The notes beneath the pieces are model-generated. The model was not told where the DNA came from. It was given only the letters and a program-made list of their open reading frames with translations, and did not search any database. The position numbers and the translations under genes are program-made. A DNA stretch of 64,000 nucleotides from Octopus vulgaris (Eukaryota), in NCBI GenBank assembly GCA_951406725.2, contig OX597816.1:151094001-151158000 (forward strand), written 5' to 3'. Positions 26,150 through 40,299 of the stretch are shown here, in pieces (the first letter of the stretch is position 1; every line of letters starts with the position of its first letter).

Positions 26150-26313
26150 ATGGAAACAGTTGTAGGAAGAAATGATTATCAATTCATTAATAGATCATTA
26201 TTAACCACTAACTCTCCATTTTCTTCTCTTAGTTTAATACAGATTATATACATATAGGAGATGTACCTGCATATCAAGTGATTTGATCTGAGATCGTGTG
26301 CTGAAACGAAAAC

Positions 26314-26508
26314 AATTGCAGCATGGAAGGTGTTTGTAAGCCATTTAAGAAACACACAATGAGATGCAGCACGGATTTTTGTCAGTGAACAGGTCGCGGT
26401 CTTAAAGCGAAGAAAATATTTTGACAAATTAAACTTAAATGTTGAAGTGAATCGAACGGCTTTTTTGTGTTTCTTAAATGGCTTACAAACATCTTCCACG
26501 CTGCAATT
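26314..26508. mobile_element. MITE-like element with ~44-bp inverted termini
   Basis: aattgcagcatggaaggtgtttgtaagccatttaagaaacaca / tgtgtttcttaaatggcttacaaacatcttccacgctgcaatt. Confidence 0.75.
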
Positions 26509-27627
26509 ATATACATATAGATCTAGGGAAATTTTATTTCCCAAAGATATAAGATATAGACCCAATGTTTTCTTGGATGTAATCATCCCTTTAAGAAATT
26601 AATATATCCTCTAATTAACACACACACACACACACTCTCTCGTTGTAGCAATTTTTAATAAGTACTTTTTTTAGTATTTTATATTTTGATGCAATCTCTT
26701 TTTGCCCTGTATTTGAATAAAACATTATCACCTAGTTGGTCATTGGAGTATTGCTTGCAGATCACATCTTCCTGCAATGTGTCATGGGCAAGCCCATCTC
26801 TCTCCAAACCACACTCATTGGAGAATTTATATTTTTTTATATCATTATTAAATATTCTTGCTGTTTTGCTCTTGTAGTGCTCTTGCTGTTTTTTGAGTAC
26901 TACCAGGTATTGGCAGTTGGAAAGACTGGACTATTTTAAAACTTAAATATGGACACATCATAGAGATGTTTAACCCCAAAAGAGCTATGATCTAGTAGAC
27001 CAATGATCAAAGGCTTCCCTGCTGTGACCATCATAGTTTTATATTGAACTACATTGTCCAGTGTATCCGTGTGTGATCAGAAGATGATGTGGTTGCTATT
27101 TCCAGCAGGTTGAACACTCCTGTAGAGGCTTCTTTGTCAGTGTAAGATTTGTTCAAATACTGGCTCTTCAACTTTCCATATTCTCTAAAATTTCTTAGCA
27201 TGAAGTAGAGCATAAATATTTTTTTATTTATAGCTAATGTTGAACATTGGCTATTAGGTTAGGTAGGAAAAATTAAACCAATTGTATATCAGCTGTTATT
27301 GATATAAGGATATTGTAATGCTTGCTCTCAGGAAAGAGATCAGTCTTATATTTATTGTTTCCTTCTTTGGTAATCCAAATTTGATACATGTTCATTTAAA
27401 AAAAAATTTTTTTTTTTGCACTATAATGTCTGGATAAACAAATTTGATTAAAAAACCCATAATCTTTGAAATGTTTTTGATTTTTGTCATTTTAAAATTG
27501 TTATCCTGCTTTTGAAATGCAAGTGAAAACAAATCTGTCATTTCCTAATTACTAAGAAATAAGTTTTCCAGTTTATTCTAAATAGATCATTTCCTACTTA
27601 AAAGAAAATCATATTTTGCGGGAAGGG

Positions 27628-27632
<5 letters not shown>

Positions 27633-27692
<60 letters not shown>
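27633..27692. repeat. (CT)30 microsatellite
   Basis: Direct read. Confidence 0.95.
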
Positions 27693-27696
<4 letters not shown>

Positions 27697-30600
27697 AAGG
27701 ACTGCAATTGTTTTATTAGTTTTTTGTCTTTTTTTCTATTTGCAGTTTATTTTTGGATCTGTCACATAATGGCATTTGTTGGATTCTATAGTTTCACAAT
27801 TTCTTTTAGATCTCTTATGTATGATTAGATTCTGTTGATATTCTCTGCCATTCTTATTCTGACCATCTGTTGCTTTTGTGATCATTCTTCCATGCTAAGG
27901 TTTTGAAATGTAGATAGTGGATACAGAGTTGAATTGCTACTTGGTAATGTTATTAACAAAAAACAAGGATATTAATACTAGAAATAACTGGCATGATATA
28001 CAAAAATTATAGGAAAGTGATATGTTATTTGAATGGAAGTGGCATGTATAATAGAGTTTGTCTGTGAGGCAAAGTGAATTATGTAGTTAGAAGAAAATAA
28101 GTTGTAGATGCTAGAGATGAAGCAGTTGAAAATGCTTCTCTCTCTCCTCTCTCTCACAAAGCTTTTTTAATACGATTTGCAATTATATCTAAGCTGTATA
28201 AACTCTTGAAATAAAATCCTTACAAGAGCTATAGACACATTTTCTACAACTTAGTAACAATCATGAGGTGGTGGGGAGGAGGAGTATGTGTGTGTGTTGA
28301 CTTAGACGGAACAAGTAAACCTGTGTATTCTTTTGATAAAGTAAAGATTAATCTTTTACACATTAGTGATACACAGATTTCTTGCTTATTCTGAGTTCCC
28401 AAAACACACTAAAATATAGAAAGGATAAAAATTATTCCTGATTAAAACACTTGTATATTCCAAGTTAATTTCCCAGATGAACCATTGAATATATATTCCA
28501 GTAGTATGCACCAAGGTGGATTGGTAAAAGTACTGTGCCCAATTATACAGTACTGTTATCAGTATACAAATTAAGACCTGTAAGCCAACCATTTACAGAT
28601 TAACATGCACATCTTCATCTATTTCACAGGACCATGATAGATTCTCAAACTAATGGCCCTAATTGGCTCATAATTTCTACAAACATCCAACCATCTTTTA
28701 GCTACCTGCACTGCTTAATCATTTTAGTTTCTTGCTCTGATATCAGAATTTGGCTACTGTTTCTTTATATATTTAGCTCTGCTTCCCAACTTTTTTGTTC
28801 CCACACTGTCTATTGCATTTCTTCTTTTTTTTTTTTAATTATTTGATTGTATACTTGCTACCCAAAGATCTCATAATACACTAACTTTGGTTTTCAAAAT
28901 ACATGACTATTTTAGCAGTATTTTTTTGGTAATGTAAAATTAATTTAAGTGGCAAATTAATCTATTTTGAAGTTGTTTATAATGCCTGTCATACTTGTCA
29001 CCATATGTTGGTAGTTTATCTTTCATGTATTTAATATATGAAAAAAAAAACGTAATACGTATTGAAATCAGACTATAGCCAACCAGCTGACATAAAACCT
29101 ATCTTTGGCTACTTATTCATTCCATCTGTTGCTAGTTAAAGTTATAATGTATTTGGATGCTATGCTAATACAGTGTTTTGTCATGTTGATGATAAATTCT
29201 TCATTATTCCTATTGAAAATAGATTGTTCAATGCTGATGCAAGGGTGTTCTCAGCTGTAAATGTTGAATAAGTAGATTAAGAAGCACTGCTAGTTCAGTC
29301 AGTTTCATTTATACATATACTACTCGTGTTTCTTTTAACATATTTTACACTAAATCTGGTTAGATTTGGTGTAGATTATTTATTTCATTACTTAATTGCA
29401 TGTTATAGCTGGTCATAAGTTGCAGTTCATAGGGAACTTAGTCTATAACCTCACTTTTATTCCCAGTTGACAATTACTTTCACTGAGATTGTTAATGCCC
29501 TTGAGAAAAATTTGGACTTCAATGCATTTTATACAGTAAGGCTATTTTTCCTATTATTTTATAACAATATAGTATGTAAATTTGCATATGTATTACATTT
29601 TTCTGTGTTGCCACATGGTAATGAGTTCAAACTTAAGTCATTTTAAATCCTGGTTTATAAGGAAGAAGAAGGCATAAATTATATAAAGAAAAAGCATTGA
29701 GCCAGAATATTTTCCAGTGGTTTTATTGACGATAAAGTGCTGTAGTTTTAGTTAGCACCTCAAATATCCAAATTAAATTGTGCATTGAAGTGATGTAATT
29801 CTTTTCCATATATTCAGCTTTTACTGCTACAATACTGATGTATTATTTATTCTGCTTTGTGCTGAAATTTCATTTTAATTTATTATTAGATTCTTTTCAA
29901 TCTATTAGGAATCTACATTCAAACTTGCATTACTGATGAGGAATAAAGAAGAAATACTCTTTTGTATATAATGAAGATTCATCACTATTACTGCTGCTAC
30001 TACTACATCCACCACTACAACACTTTTCAATACTGTCTTCTTCAAATATTGAAGACAATTTCCCCATTTCTTATGTAAATTTTTAACCTGAGGGCAAAGC
30101 AGCTGATGTAGATAGAAAGCTGTATGAAGTGGTTTACTCCATCTGGTTAGCTTCTTCATAGAGATCTGAATTTTTCTGGCATGATAAAGTCTAATATATT
30201 AGACATGTCAGTTGACAGACTATTCTCTCTTTCCTTTCATTGAAAAGACTAAAACTTAATTCATTAGTTATGAATTAGAGAAGTTTTACCCTTTAATTAC
30301 CTTTTAGATAATTAACGTATTGCTACTTTTTTTTTATCACCATAAGTTTTACATTGGTTTTCCCATGCAGACATAGGTTACAACAAATCAGCAATGTTGC
30401 ATCTTGGCATTAATCTTGATACAGCATCATTACCAGTTCTGTCAAGATTGTTTTGACTGTTTATTTCTTGGCTTTCTTTAATCTGTAAACATATATGATG
30501 GTATTTTTAGTTACAATGCATCTCGTGTAGTTTTCATTGCATGTTTTTATGGTTGCATGTCCTATTTATTGCTGACTGCAATGATAAAGTGGGATGGATT

Positions 30601-33600
30601 TGTTCATCATGACATTTCTAGTAATGTGTTATCTGTTCACACTAAAACCTTGTCCACCCCCATATCAACCTTATACCAGATGACTGTTCGTAAGTGAGCC
30701 ACTTTACAATATCTTTCTTTCCTCAGTGAAAATTGACAGCTAAAAGGAGCTGAGATTAAAATTGTTGAAGATTGCATAACTCTCGCTAATCTGGGGCTTA
30801 AGCCAGTAAGATCAGATTAAGGATCTATTTTAGATACTAACTTTGCATGTTGATTTTGTATATTTTATCTTATCAGACATAAAACAAATGCTTCAGTGAG
30901 CAAGAGATATACATCATCTTGTATATGTTTCTATGAGCAATCACAATAAGTTTCACTGAAGGTTTGAGAAATAAAAGCAAGGCAAGAATGTTGGCAAGTT
31001 CACTAATGTTAACAATTACAAGGAATGGAGAATCAATGTGTTATAAGGCAAACTTGTATGTCACTTACCATCACATCTGTTCTAGTGTTTTATGGCCTTA
31101 TGTCAATGGTATAAATCACCTTATGAATAGTCCACTGGGCATTCCCAGAATATCTGGTTTCCTCAACAGCAAAATGAACTGAATTAATGTTGAATTAAAT
31201 ATACTGCCCAAATGAATGACAAAACACCAGCATTGGATTTGAACTCAAGATGCATAAACTTGTACCTTAATACTTGATCTCATTTGTGTATGTGGCTTTT
31301 CTTCATTTTATTTTTTGTCTGTGGGGCAGTACCATGGCTTTTTGCAAGTGCTCCCAGATTGATAAGATTGATGTTAACTTGGAATGTCTGGAGTTCAGCA
31401 TCTGCAAGGAAATTGTGGGCAGGATGAGAATTTAGCAGTTAATTGTTAGGAAAGACTTCTGTACAGAATTGGTGGGTAGGACACTGATTGTGATGATGGT
31501 GAGAGGAAATTAGATGGGTGTGTTAAGTGGGCCTGGATGAAAGAAATATGTAGCTAGCTACCTGAGACACAGTGGCCATTGTAGCAGAGATAGAAGATGC
31601 AAAGAGAATTGTGTGTATAAATAGTTCTTTGCTAATCAGCTCTATAGTTTTGTGTGTGTTTGTGTATGGTGTAGCAGCACACTATCTCAAATATGTGAGC
31701 TGTACTCGGAGTTATCTCTTAGCTTTGTTGGTTGTTAGCAAATGATTGGAACCAAAGTACTCTTGGAGGCACTTTTGGTAATACTTTTGGCCACCATGAG
31801 AGGTCATCAGAGATTTAGTGTAGCATTTGTAGTAACACTAAGTAACATACAAGAAAACTATACAGCTGATTAACAAAGAATTACAGACACACTTTCTTTT
31901 TACTGCTGCTTCTATATTACAATGGCCTCTGAACTAGTACATATTTCCTCTACTCAAGTCCATCCAGCAGAAGTTGTCAATTCTCCTCTTACTATGTCTT
32001 ACTCCCACCCACCCAGATCTCGTACTATAGACTATTTTCCTGACAATTCATCCTCCAAACTGGAAACCTTCGATTCTCTTCTTGCTCATGATTAGCTGTA
32101 TTTCATATTTACAGAGGGTGTGAAGAACATAGTTGTTTCTTTAATGTGTGTAGTAATTTTGAATTTTTTCTGTTAAGAATGATTAAGTTGTCATGTTCTC
32201 AGTGAAAGATGTTTCTAATGCCTGGCAAAAATTGCCTTGGTTTTTTTTGTGGGAAGATAAGTGTGGTTTTACATGTGTGTAATCATTATGAGAAGAGACA
32301 GCATCGGTGAACAGGGAAAAATGAGCGTAAAAGTCATAATTGAAACTTAGGATACACCAGAATTGATCAGTACACAGTTAGTGGAATGATCTAACAAGAA
32401 ACTTCTGATGCAAAACTTTACAGAAATGGATTCTATAAGCAAGTATCTTAGCTAAGATGTTCTTTTATACCTGATATGATTAAAAGCTTTAATGAATCAA
32501 TGGCAACTGGATTGTTTTTGCTGAATCCTCTCAAGAAAAAAAGATCACTGGTACAGCTGGCTGCATGAAAATAGTATTGGTGATACTGAATGGGGAAGGG
32601 TAATGAAGAATTTTATTGCTTATGACTGCCTTCAAGCAGTTGGAAGGGGTGAGCAGTTGGCAAGGTCAGACAGGTTGCTCTTCTTAGATGGTACACATTA
32701 ACAGCAAAATGTATACACTCTGGGAGATAATTTATTGATAAACCACTGTGCCAAACAAAATACCTAGTGGTATTTATTGTACCCAAGTTGCACAGACACT
32801 TTTTGGTCACACTCACTGCTGGAAGTGTCATGAAACTTGTGTCCAAAATTGATGATGAGAAACTTCAAAGTTCTGCTAAAGTTTAGGAGGCTGAAGAGAT
32901 TCCAAGCTGTATGATGAATGTGCAAAGACATTCTTGGTTTTGGGAATTTGGATACCTTTACTTCAAAAGATATCTCAACAGGTTAAGGAATTTCTTGAGG
33001 ATGTTTTATTTTTTTAATCAATATTATTGATGTCATTATGTCTAGTAGAAAAGTAATGAATATTTTATGAAAGAAAAAACAAATACTGTAGGATGATTAA
33101 CAATAACGAATGTATGAGAATATTAAAACTCAAGTCTGAATAATATATTTCTTAGTACTCCTGGATTTTTCTTTTTTTTTTACTCTTGGCCTAGAAATAT
33201 ACACTGAATTCAGAATATGTTTTCACTGTGAAGCCATTTTACTACATTTTACTAAAGATTGCTGCAGCTAAATGAAGGTTATCTGAACATACTCAAACCT
33301 ACTCAAATTTTAACCTTTTAGTGTTCACTATCTATTAGTGTCCTACCCGTTTCCTGCTTGTAAATTTAGTCTCTTTCTCCAATACCCACTTCTACCCTCA
33401 CATTTCATTTCTTCCCCCAACCCTTTGTTCTCTTTCTTTGTCTCTTTCACACAAATGTTATTGAGTCAACTTGATCATGTTACAGGAGTTGCAGTGTATA
33501 TTAGTAATGTTAGATTCGAAAGCTGGTAATGTAGTTGGGACTTCTCACAGCCTGTTGTACTTCCATTTATTAGTGCCATTATCTGACTATATTAGTTTGA

Positions 33601-34154
33601 AAGGGGACAGTTGATGACCTCATTGTCAGTAGCACCTTCATGTATGTAGCTGTATCTTTTTACATTCTGAGAACAGGAGTTAACTTTGCCTCTGATCTCT
33701 CCTGGAGTGATTAAAAATAAAGGTGGGTACCTGAATTAATTCACTCTTTTGTAGCCTTGTGCAAGTGTAAGAAATTAGTGCTGAAAAATTTTTTCTTTAG
33801 AACCCTTGTATGTAATAGCGTAACCCTCGAAATATTATCATTGCACAGCTATATTCTATTTAGTTTTTGTTTTCAAGAAACAAAAAAAAAAAACTTGCTA
33901 CAAAAATACCTCTCCCCTCAAATATTACTCCAGACATTGCTTTTAGTATGGTTTACATATAAATATTGATTTCTTATATTAGTCTGAACTATGCAAGCAC
34001 AGAAAATTGGACATTAAAATGATAACAGTGGGCTATAAATTTGTATGAATGCTATGGTTAAATGAACTGACACCTAGTATATGACTGGTATTTTATGATG
34101 GGAGGATGAGTGAAAGACAACGCCAACTCTGAAGAGATTTGAACATAAGCACAC

Positions 34155-34510
34155 ACTTAGCTGTGTGGTTAAGAAGCTTGCTTTGGAACCACATGGTTTT
34201 AGGTTCAGTCTCACTGTATGACATTCTGGATAAGTGCCTTCTACAACTTCAGGTCAACCAATGCCTTGTGGGCAAATTTGGAAGGTAAAAACCATGCAGA
34301 AGTCTGTTGTATACATAAGTATATATGTGTTTGTATATGTCCCCCACCACTGTCAGTTTACAAATGGTGCTGATTTGTTTCTGTCCCTGTAGCCTAGCAG
34401 TTTTGGCAAAGAAACCAATAGGTTATTAGGGTCAGTTTGTTCAACTAAACTCTTCAAAGCAGTACCCCAGCATGGCCACAGTCCAGTAACTGAAACAAGT
34501 AAAAGTTAAG
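34155..34510 (+). mobile_element. tRNA-derived SINE (family C)
   Basis: tagctgtgtggttaag (A-box), ggttcagtctc (B-box), 3' cagcatggccacagtccagtaactgaaacaagtaaaag. Confidence 0.7.
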
Positions 34511-34687
34511 ATAAAAAATAGGTTAGATATAAATACTATGCATTTAATCCAACACTCAGAACATTTCAGTCACCCCCACTGCCTTTTAATACATAGAAAT
34601 ATTGAAATTTATCTTATAATATTTTGTCAATAGAAGACAGTAGACTTGGCAGAAATCATGGAGCATTTATCTAAATACATTATACTT

Positions 34688-34895
34688 AAGGTGGCAAACT
34701 GGCAGAAACGTTAGTACACCAGGTGAAATGTTTAGTGGTATTTTGTCTGTCTTTACATTCTGAGTTCAAATTCCGCCAAGGTTGACTTTGCCTTTCATCC
34801 TTTCGGGGTCGATAAATGAAGTACCAGTTGTGTTGATCTAATCAACTGGCTGCCTCACCAAAATTTCGGGCCTTGTGCCTAGAGTAGAAAAGAAT
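34688..34895 (+). mobile_element. tRNA-derived SINE (family A), well preserved
   Basis: aaggtggcaaactggcagaa...ctgagttcaaattccgccaaggttgactttgcctttcatcctttcggggtcgataa...gggccttgtgcctagagtagaaaagaat. Confidence 0.85.
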
Positions 34896-35559
34896 CTAAA
34901 TTATATCAACTTTTGCTTCTCTCTGGATTCTAGGTTGAATCTTACTGAAGTTAGCTTCACTTTTTGTCAGTTAGGTTTGATAAAGTAAGTAATTGATATA
35001 TATTCAGATTAATTCAATTGACTACAAAAATTAATCTATTACCTACTTCAAAATAATCAATGATGCTTTTAATATACACTAACAGGAAGCTTACTGGAAG
35101 GCGAGTGTTTTTAGTATGTTTAAATATTCTGAAAGAACGCTTATATCAAAACTATCATAATGGTAAGTCATCTCACTAATGTCATTATAGCAGTCATAGA
35201 ACTTCCTTTCCATTTGAATAGTTTTGTAAGTTATTAAGTGATGACTTAGAGAAAATAATTTATCTTATATTTTATTGCTTGTGTGAATGTGTTTGTAATT
35301 AGTTATGTATGACATGACTTTCTACAGAAAGGTGCTTCTTGGACATCAAAGTTTAGAGAAAGAAAATCAACAACCAACTAGGGTAATAATAATGTTTTAT
35401 TTAACACTGGATTTACAAAAAATTTGGGGGCTGTTGCTAGATAATACAATGTGGGATTATATAAAGAAGTATGTAAAAAGTAGAAAAATGTTAAAATAAA
35501 TTCTAATGATGAATAATTCCCCAAAAGAAGGAGGGAGACTTCCTAGAGCTGTTCATGAA

Positions 35560-35825
35560 AACTACAGTTACCCTGACCACTAGGGCAAGTGCCCTCTCCA
35601 TATCATTTTCCTTCAAGTTACAGGCACATGCTTAGAGTAGACCTGTTCACTCAGACAATTCTTTCCACATTCACCCACCTTCCAACAAAATTGCTGGGAG
35701 CAGCACTTCCTTTTCTATAATCAGCTTCCTTTTCAAGTGAAACTTAAGAAAGTTCATGAAGGCTTGGCCATAGAGGAAAGAATTTGTCTCCAGCCTTTTC
35801 AGTCTGGTTCATCACACAACCATTC
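35560..35825 (-). mobile_element. Possible 3' fragment of a non-LTR retrotransposon (L1/Tx1-like ORF2 C-terminus)
   Basis: Minus strand TRLKRLETNSFLYGQAFMNFLKFHLKRKLIIEKEVL; assignment from recalled similarity only. Confidence 0.35.
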
Positions 35826-37149
35826 TTTTACTGGCAGTCATGCTGGAGCACCACATTCAAGGGTTTACTAAAGTCAATATGATCATACTGGCTTTGGTAT
35901 CTATATTTAAGTCTGGGACTTATTAAATCAATCTATACTTGTCATACGTCTAAACAATGAGCAGTTTTTAAGCACTGTGAAAGTATATACGAATTGTGTG
36001 TTACAATTTCTGTCAACCAAATTTTGCTCAGAAGACATTGGTAATCCTGAGGCTATTGTTGAAGACATATACCCATTGTGGCAGGCAAGGCAGCCAAGCT
36101 TACAGCCATGTTTTATATATGATTGAGTTGTGTAATAAGCACCCTGCAGTAACTTGTTTAATTGAATGTTTTGGCTACTCTGCTTCTTCATTATGCAACC
36201 AGCAGTAGTTTTGTATTTTTCTGACTTTTTCCCCCCAAACTTTTTTCAGAATTGTATATTCTAAACACAACCAATGACAATTTTGCCAAAATTTTCATAA
36301 AGTCAGGTTTTTTTTTTTTTTTTGTTAAGGCAATAGTGATACTTATTGCTCAACTTTGTGTATATATTATGTGTTATATGATATACAGGAAATGCACTGC
36401 GTGTGTAATTTAGTGGTTATTCAAAAAATGCTTTATACTTATGTGCATATGAATCTCTTGCTTATGTGTCTAATTACTGTACCTTTGTGTCTTTTCTGGT
36501 ATGTATTTGTCTGTTTATTTGTGCATTCACTATTAAATGTGTGTTTTTATATATATATTTTTCTGTATCTGTACATGAGCATTAATTATTTACTGTGGGT
36601 GTATCTGCTTTTATATGTGTTTTTCTCAGTGTGCATGTGTATTACTTTCTTTTGTGTCTCTTCTATGAAGGATGGATACTGATACTCCATTCCCATCACT
36701 TTTCTACCACTAACCATTTTCGCTTATCACTTCATCTCTCTCTCTCCCTTATCATGACACTGCTCATAATGTTTCCTATTCAGTCTCCTCATCAACAACT
36801 AACATATAGCTATCACACTCTTTTCCATTACTCACTTCTTCACTATCCTATGACTATATTTCTCTAATCACATTCGTACTCTCTTCTGTTTCCTTTTAAT
36901 CATCATTCTTGTCTTTCAATACTTTCTGTCCTTTTACCTTAAAAGAATGAAACCAATATAGCGTAGACAACTCTTCAAGACTTGTAAGGACAAGGCATCA
37001 TCTCTAGTGTTGGTGCTATGATAAAATACACTCTGTACATTCTGTAAAGTGGTTGGTAAACAAATAGTGGCAACTAAGAGAGGGCTCTCTCTTTCTCTCT
37101 CTCTCTCTCTCCAAGTGCATGGCAACCTCTCTGGTGCCATGATAAAAAA

Positions 37150-37553
37150 CACATCCAGTAAGTAAAATCAAAACCAAAAATCAAATGGAAATTGTAGCTG
37201 TGGTCGATGCCAGTGCTGCCTGATTGGCTCTCATGCTGGTGGCACGCAATAAGCACCATTCATGCATGTCGTTGCCAGTGCCGCCTGACTGGCTCCCCAT
37301 GCCAGTAGCACATAAAAAGCACCATCCAAACATGGCCGATGCCAGTGCCGCATGACTGGTTTCCATCCTGGTGGTACGTAAAAAGCACCCATTACACTCT
37401 TGGAGTGGTTGGCATTAAGAAGGGTATTCAGCTATAGAAACACTGCCAGATTAGATTGGAGCCTGGTGCGGCCTCTTGGCTTGCCAGTCCCCAGTCAAAC
37501 TGTCCAACCCATGTCAGCATGGAAAGCAGATGTTAAACGATGATGATGATGAT
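37150..37553 (+). mobile_element. RTE-clade LINE 3' UTR fragment
   Basis: Three ggcac..aagcacc repeat units, gagtggttggcattaagaagggtattcagc, cagcatggaaagcagatgttaaac and (GAT)n tail. Confidence 0.8.
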
Positions 37554-38507
37554 GAATACACTCTGTAAAGTGGTTGGTGTTAGGAAAGACATCCAGTCAT
37601 AGAAACCATGCCAAATGGTAAGTGAGATATGGCCCTGCAACCTGTTGAAGAAGATAGTAACTCTAAAAAGAGCTGGCTCAGATGATAATGATCTATTCAA
37701 CTTATTCCCACAAGAAAAACATAAATGAAATGAAGATGAACAATATTCTTCAGTTTTTAGGATTCTGTTGTGTACTGGAAGGGATTTCAAACAAAAGAAC
37801 TAGTTCAAATATACATTTATTAAAACCTTTTTAGACTATAATGGATTGAATCATTAGATGTGCTTTAGCCAGCCTGCTCTAAATTCTGTTGAAAGGGCTA
37901 AGCTATATGAGCTGGAGTTTTGTAATTTGATAGGGCAACGAGTTAACACTTATATATACATTTTCATATAACTATGGAAAACTATTTGCTGTCATTTTCT
38001 ACCATTCATTGTTTGCATTAAAGCTAGATAGATTTCATAGAGCAGATAGCTACCAATTTGAAATTGCTAAATAATGTTCTCTCTTGTTTCCCACCTTACA
38101 CTAGCCAGCACAGTGTCCCTCTTACCTCACCATCACATACCACTTGACTCCATTTAACACTCTCTATCAGTTAAGTCTATTTTCATTTATATATGTTTTC
38201 TATAACATACCCACACCACCTTCTTGATTATCAGTAACTTCCCATTAAATGTCACCAGCATAATCATAAAAGAAGTTCTAATTTCCTGAGTTAAACCACA
38301 TCACAGCACAGCATATGTATATGCTTGTATACTCACATTAAAATATGTATGTGCATGTGCGCACACGCACACACTAGATTTCATTTAATATATAGTAAAT
38401 CACTGACCCATCCTGAACAAACTGAATTTCAGCTCTTGGACAAATAGTTATGACTGTGCCCCCTCACTATGCCAATGTGGGAAACTACTGCTGCTATTAT
38501 TATTATT

Positions 38508-39325
38508 GTGCTAGCAAAATCATAAACATTCTCGGCAAAATGTTTAGCAGCAATTCACCTGTCTTTATGTTCTGAGTTCAAATTCTGCTGAGGTTAACTT
38601 TGCTTTTCATCCTTTTGGAGTTGATAAAATAAGTACCAGTTGAGCACTGAGATTGATGTAGTCCACTCACCCACTCCCTTGAAATTACTGGCCTTGTGCT
38701 AAGATTTGAAACCATTGCAGAATTGTTAGCATGCTGAGCAAAATGCTTAGTAGCATTTTGACTGTCTTTACATTCTGAGTTCAAGTCCTGCTTGAGGTCA
38801 ACTTTGCCTTTCATTCTTTCAGGGACAATAGAATGAATACAAGTTGAGCACTGGGGTTGATGGAATCGACTAACTTCCTTCCCAAATATTTCCAGCTTTG
38901 TACCTATAATAGAAAGAATTATTATTATAGTTGTGATGGATTGGTAGAATCGTGTCTGGAAAAAATTCCTTGCAGTATTTCTTCTAACTTATGTTCTGGG
39001 TCCAAATCTTGTTCAGGTCAACCTTGACTGTCATCCATTTGAGGTTGACATAATAAAGTAGTAGTTAAATACTGGGGTCAGTGTAATAGACTAACCCTGC
39101 TCCCAAACTTAGGGTTGTGTGCCTAGAAGAGGATATTCAATTTTCAGAAAATGTGTGTAGTATATATTTCTAGCCACCCCAACACTTAAATTCAAATCTG
39201 TCAAGGATTAACACATATCCTTTCATCTGCAAGTTAATAATAAATACCAGTTAGATATCAGTGTTAGTTTAATTGATTATACCACTTCCTTATATATTTC
39301 TGCTTTTAAACCAAAATCCAACTCT
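38508..39325 (+). mobile_element. Head-to-tail array of about 4 family-A SINEs
   Basis: ctgagttcaa-type B-box and actttgc..ttcat core repeated at ~38572, ~38775, ~38996 and ~39190. Confidence 0.75.
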
Positions 39326-40299
39326 TTATTAGCTACTGAGCTGTGAAAATTCTTCAACAAACCTAATGTGCATCTTGGTTCTGAAACTGATTGTAGCTAT
39401 TTAATTTCTCTGCCAGCAGTGCCATTGGGAACAACAAAATCCTAACTTCTAGTTTCTCTTTGCACAAATCATGTAATCTTTTGTTTGTGTAAGAAATTGT
39501 ATTTTTTCATGTAGAAGTAACAGCAGCCTTATCTCTGAAGGGTTACAGATAAGCCTAAAGGTTTAATTCATATCAGATATAAGGTCAGAAATAACTAGTT
39601 GAAGCTAGTCTAACCTGCACCACCTCCACCATTATTAACCACACCATTATCAGAGGGCCCTCAGACTAGGATTGTCAATTGTCAAACTTGCTGTTCTAAT
39701 CACTGCCAATACCACTATTACTTTCAAGCTGGCCATATATGTGAACATTTTATAACTAACTACAAGGTTATAATTATATATTCTCTTTTTGGTTAACTAA
39801 AAGAATAATAGATTTATGAAATGGTTCTCCAACATGACAATCCTTCCCTTTGGGGGTTCAATCACATATTTATGCTTGTATTTCTTTGAAAACTATCTCC
39901 AGTCACCCCAACTTTCTTTCAAACCACTGTTATCTTACCCCATGAGGTCTTGCCTATATTGAAACCATTCTTTATTTTTCCTCTACTGAAGCTTTCTCCT
40001 AGTCTACGTTGTACTTCTCTATCTGATAAACCTTGCTCAGTCGTCCTCTTTTCAGATTTAGGAGTGTTTTTTTCAAATAAAGCAGATAATAGAACTAGTA
40101 TTTAAGTGCATTTTCTTTTTAAATGTTAGATAAACAGATCTGATTTAACATAAGGATAATTTCTTACATGATAGGCTATTGGTAAAAGTTCGCTGAATCA
40201 TTTCCTCTTTCCCAGTATATGACTGGAACTATTTCACTGATATCTCTCCAGAAAGATCTAAAATAAAATTGGCCTTAGCCAAATTTAAGGTTATATCAC

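Larger units (their letters stand above)
24671..26239. repeat. 90-bp inverted repeat pair (24671-24760 / 26150-26239)
   Basis: agagaagaaagtggagagttagtggttaataa...tttcttcctacagctgtttccat versus atggaaacagttgtaggaagaaa...ttattaaccactaactctccattttcttctct. Confidence 0.85.

Noticed and set aside
35462-35475. taaagaagtatgta matches the 3' part of miR-1
   Set aside because: Seed (ggaatg) absent and no hairpin partner.
36356-36867. Hydrophobic 90-108 aa ORFs (similar ones at 41689 and 42698)
   Set aside because: Products of TG/CT-rich low-complexity DNA; no domain features.
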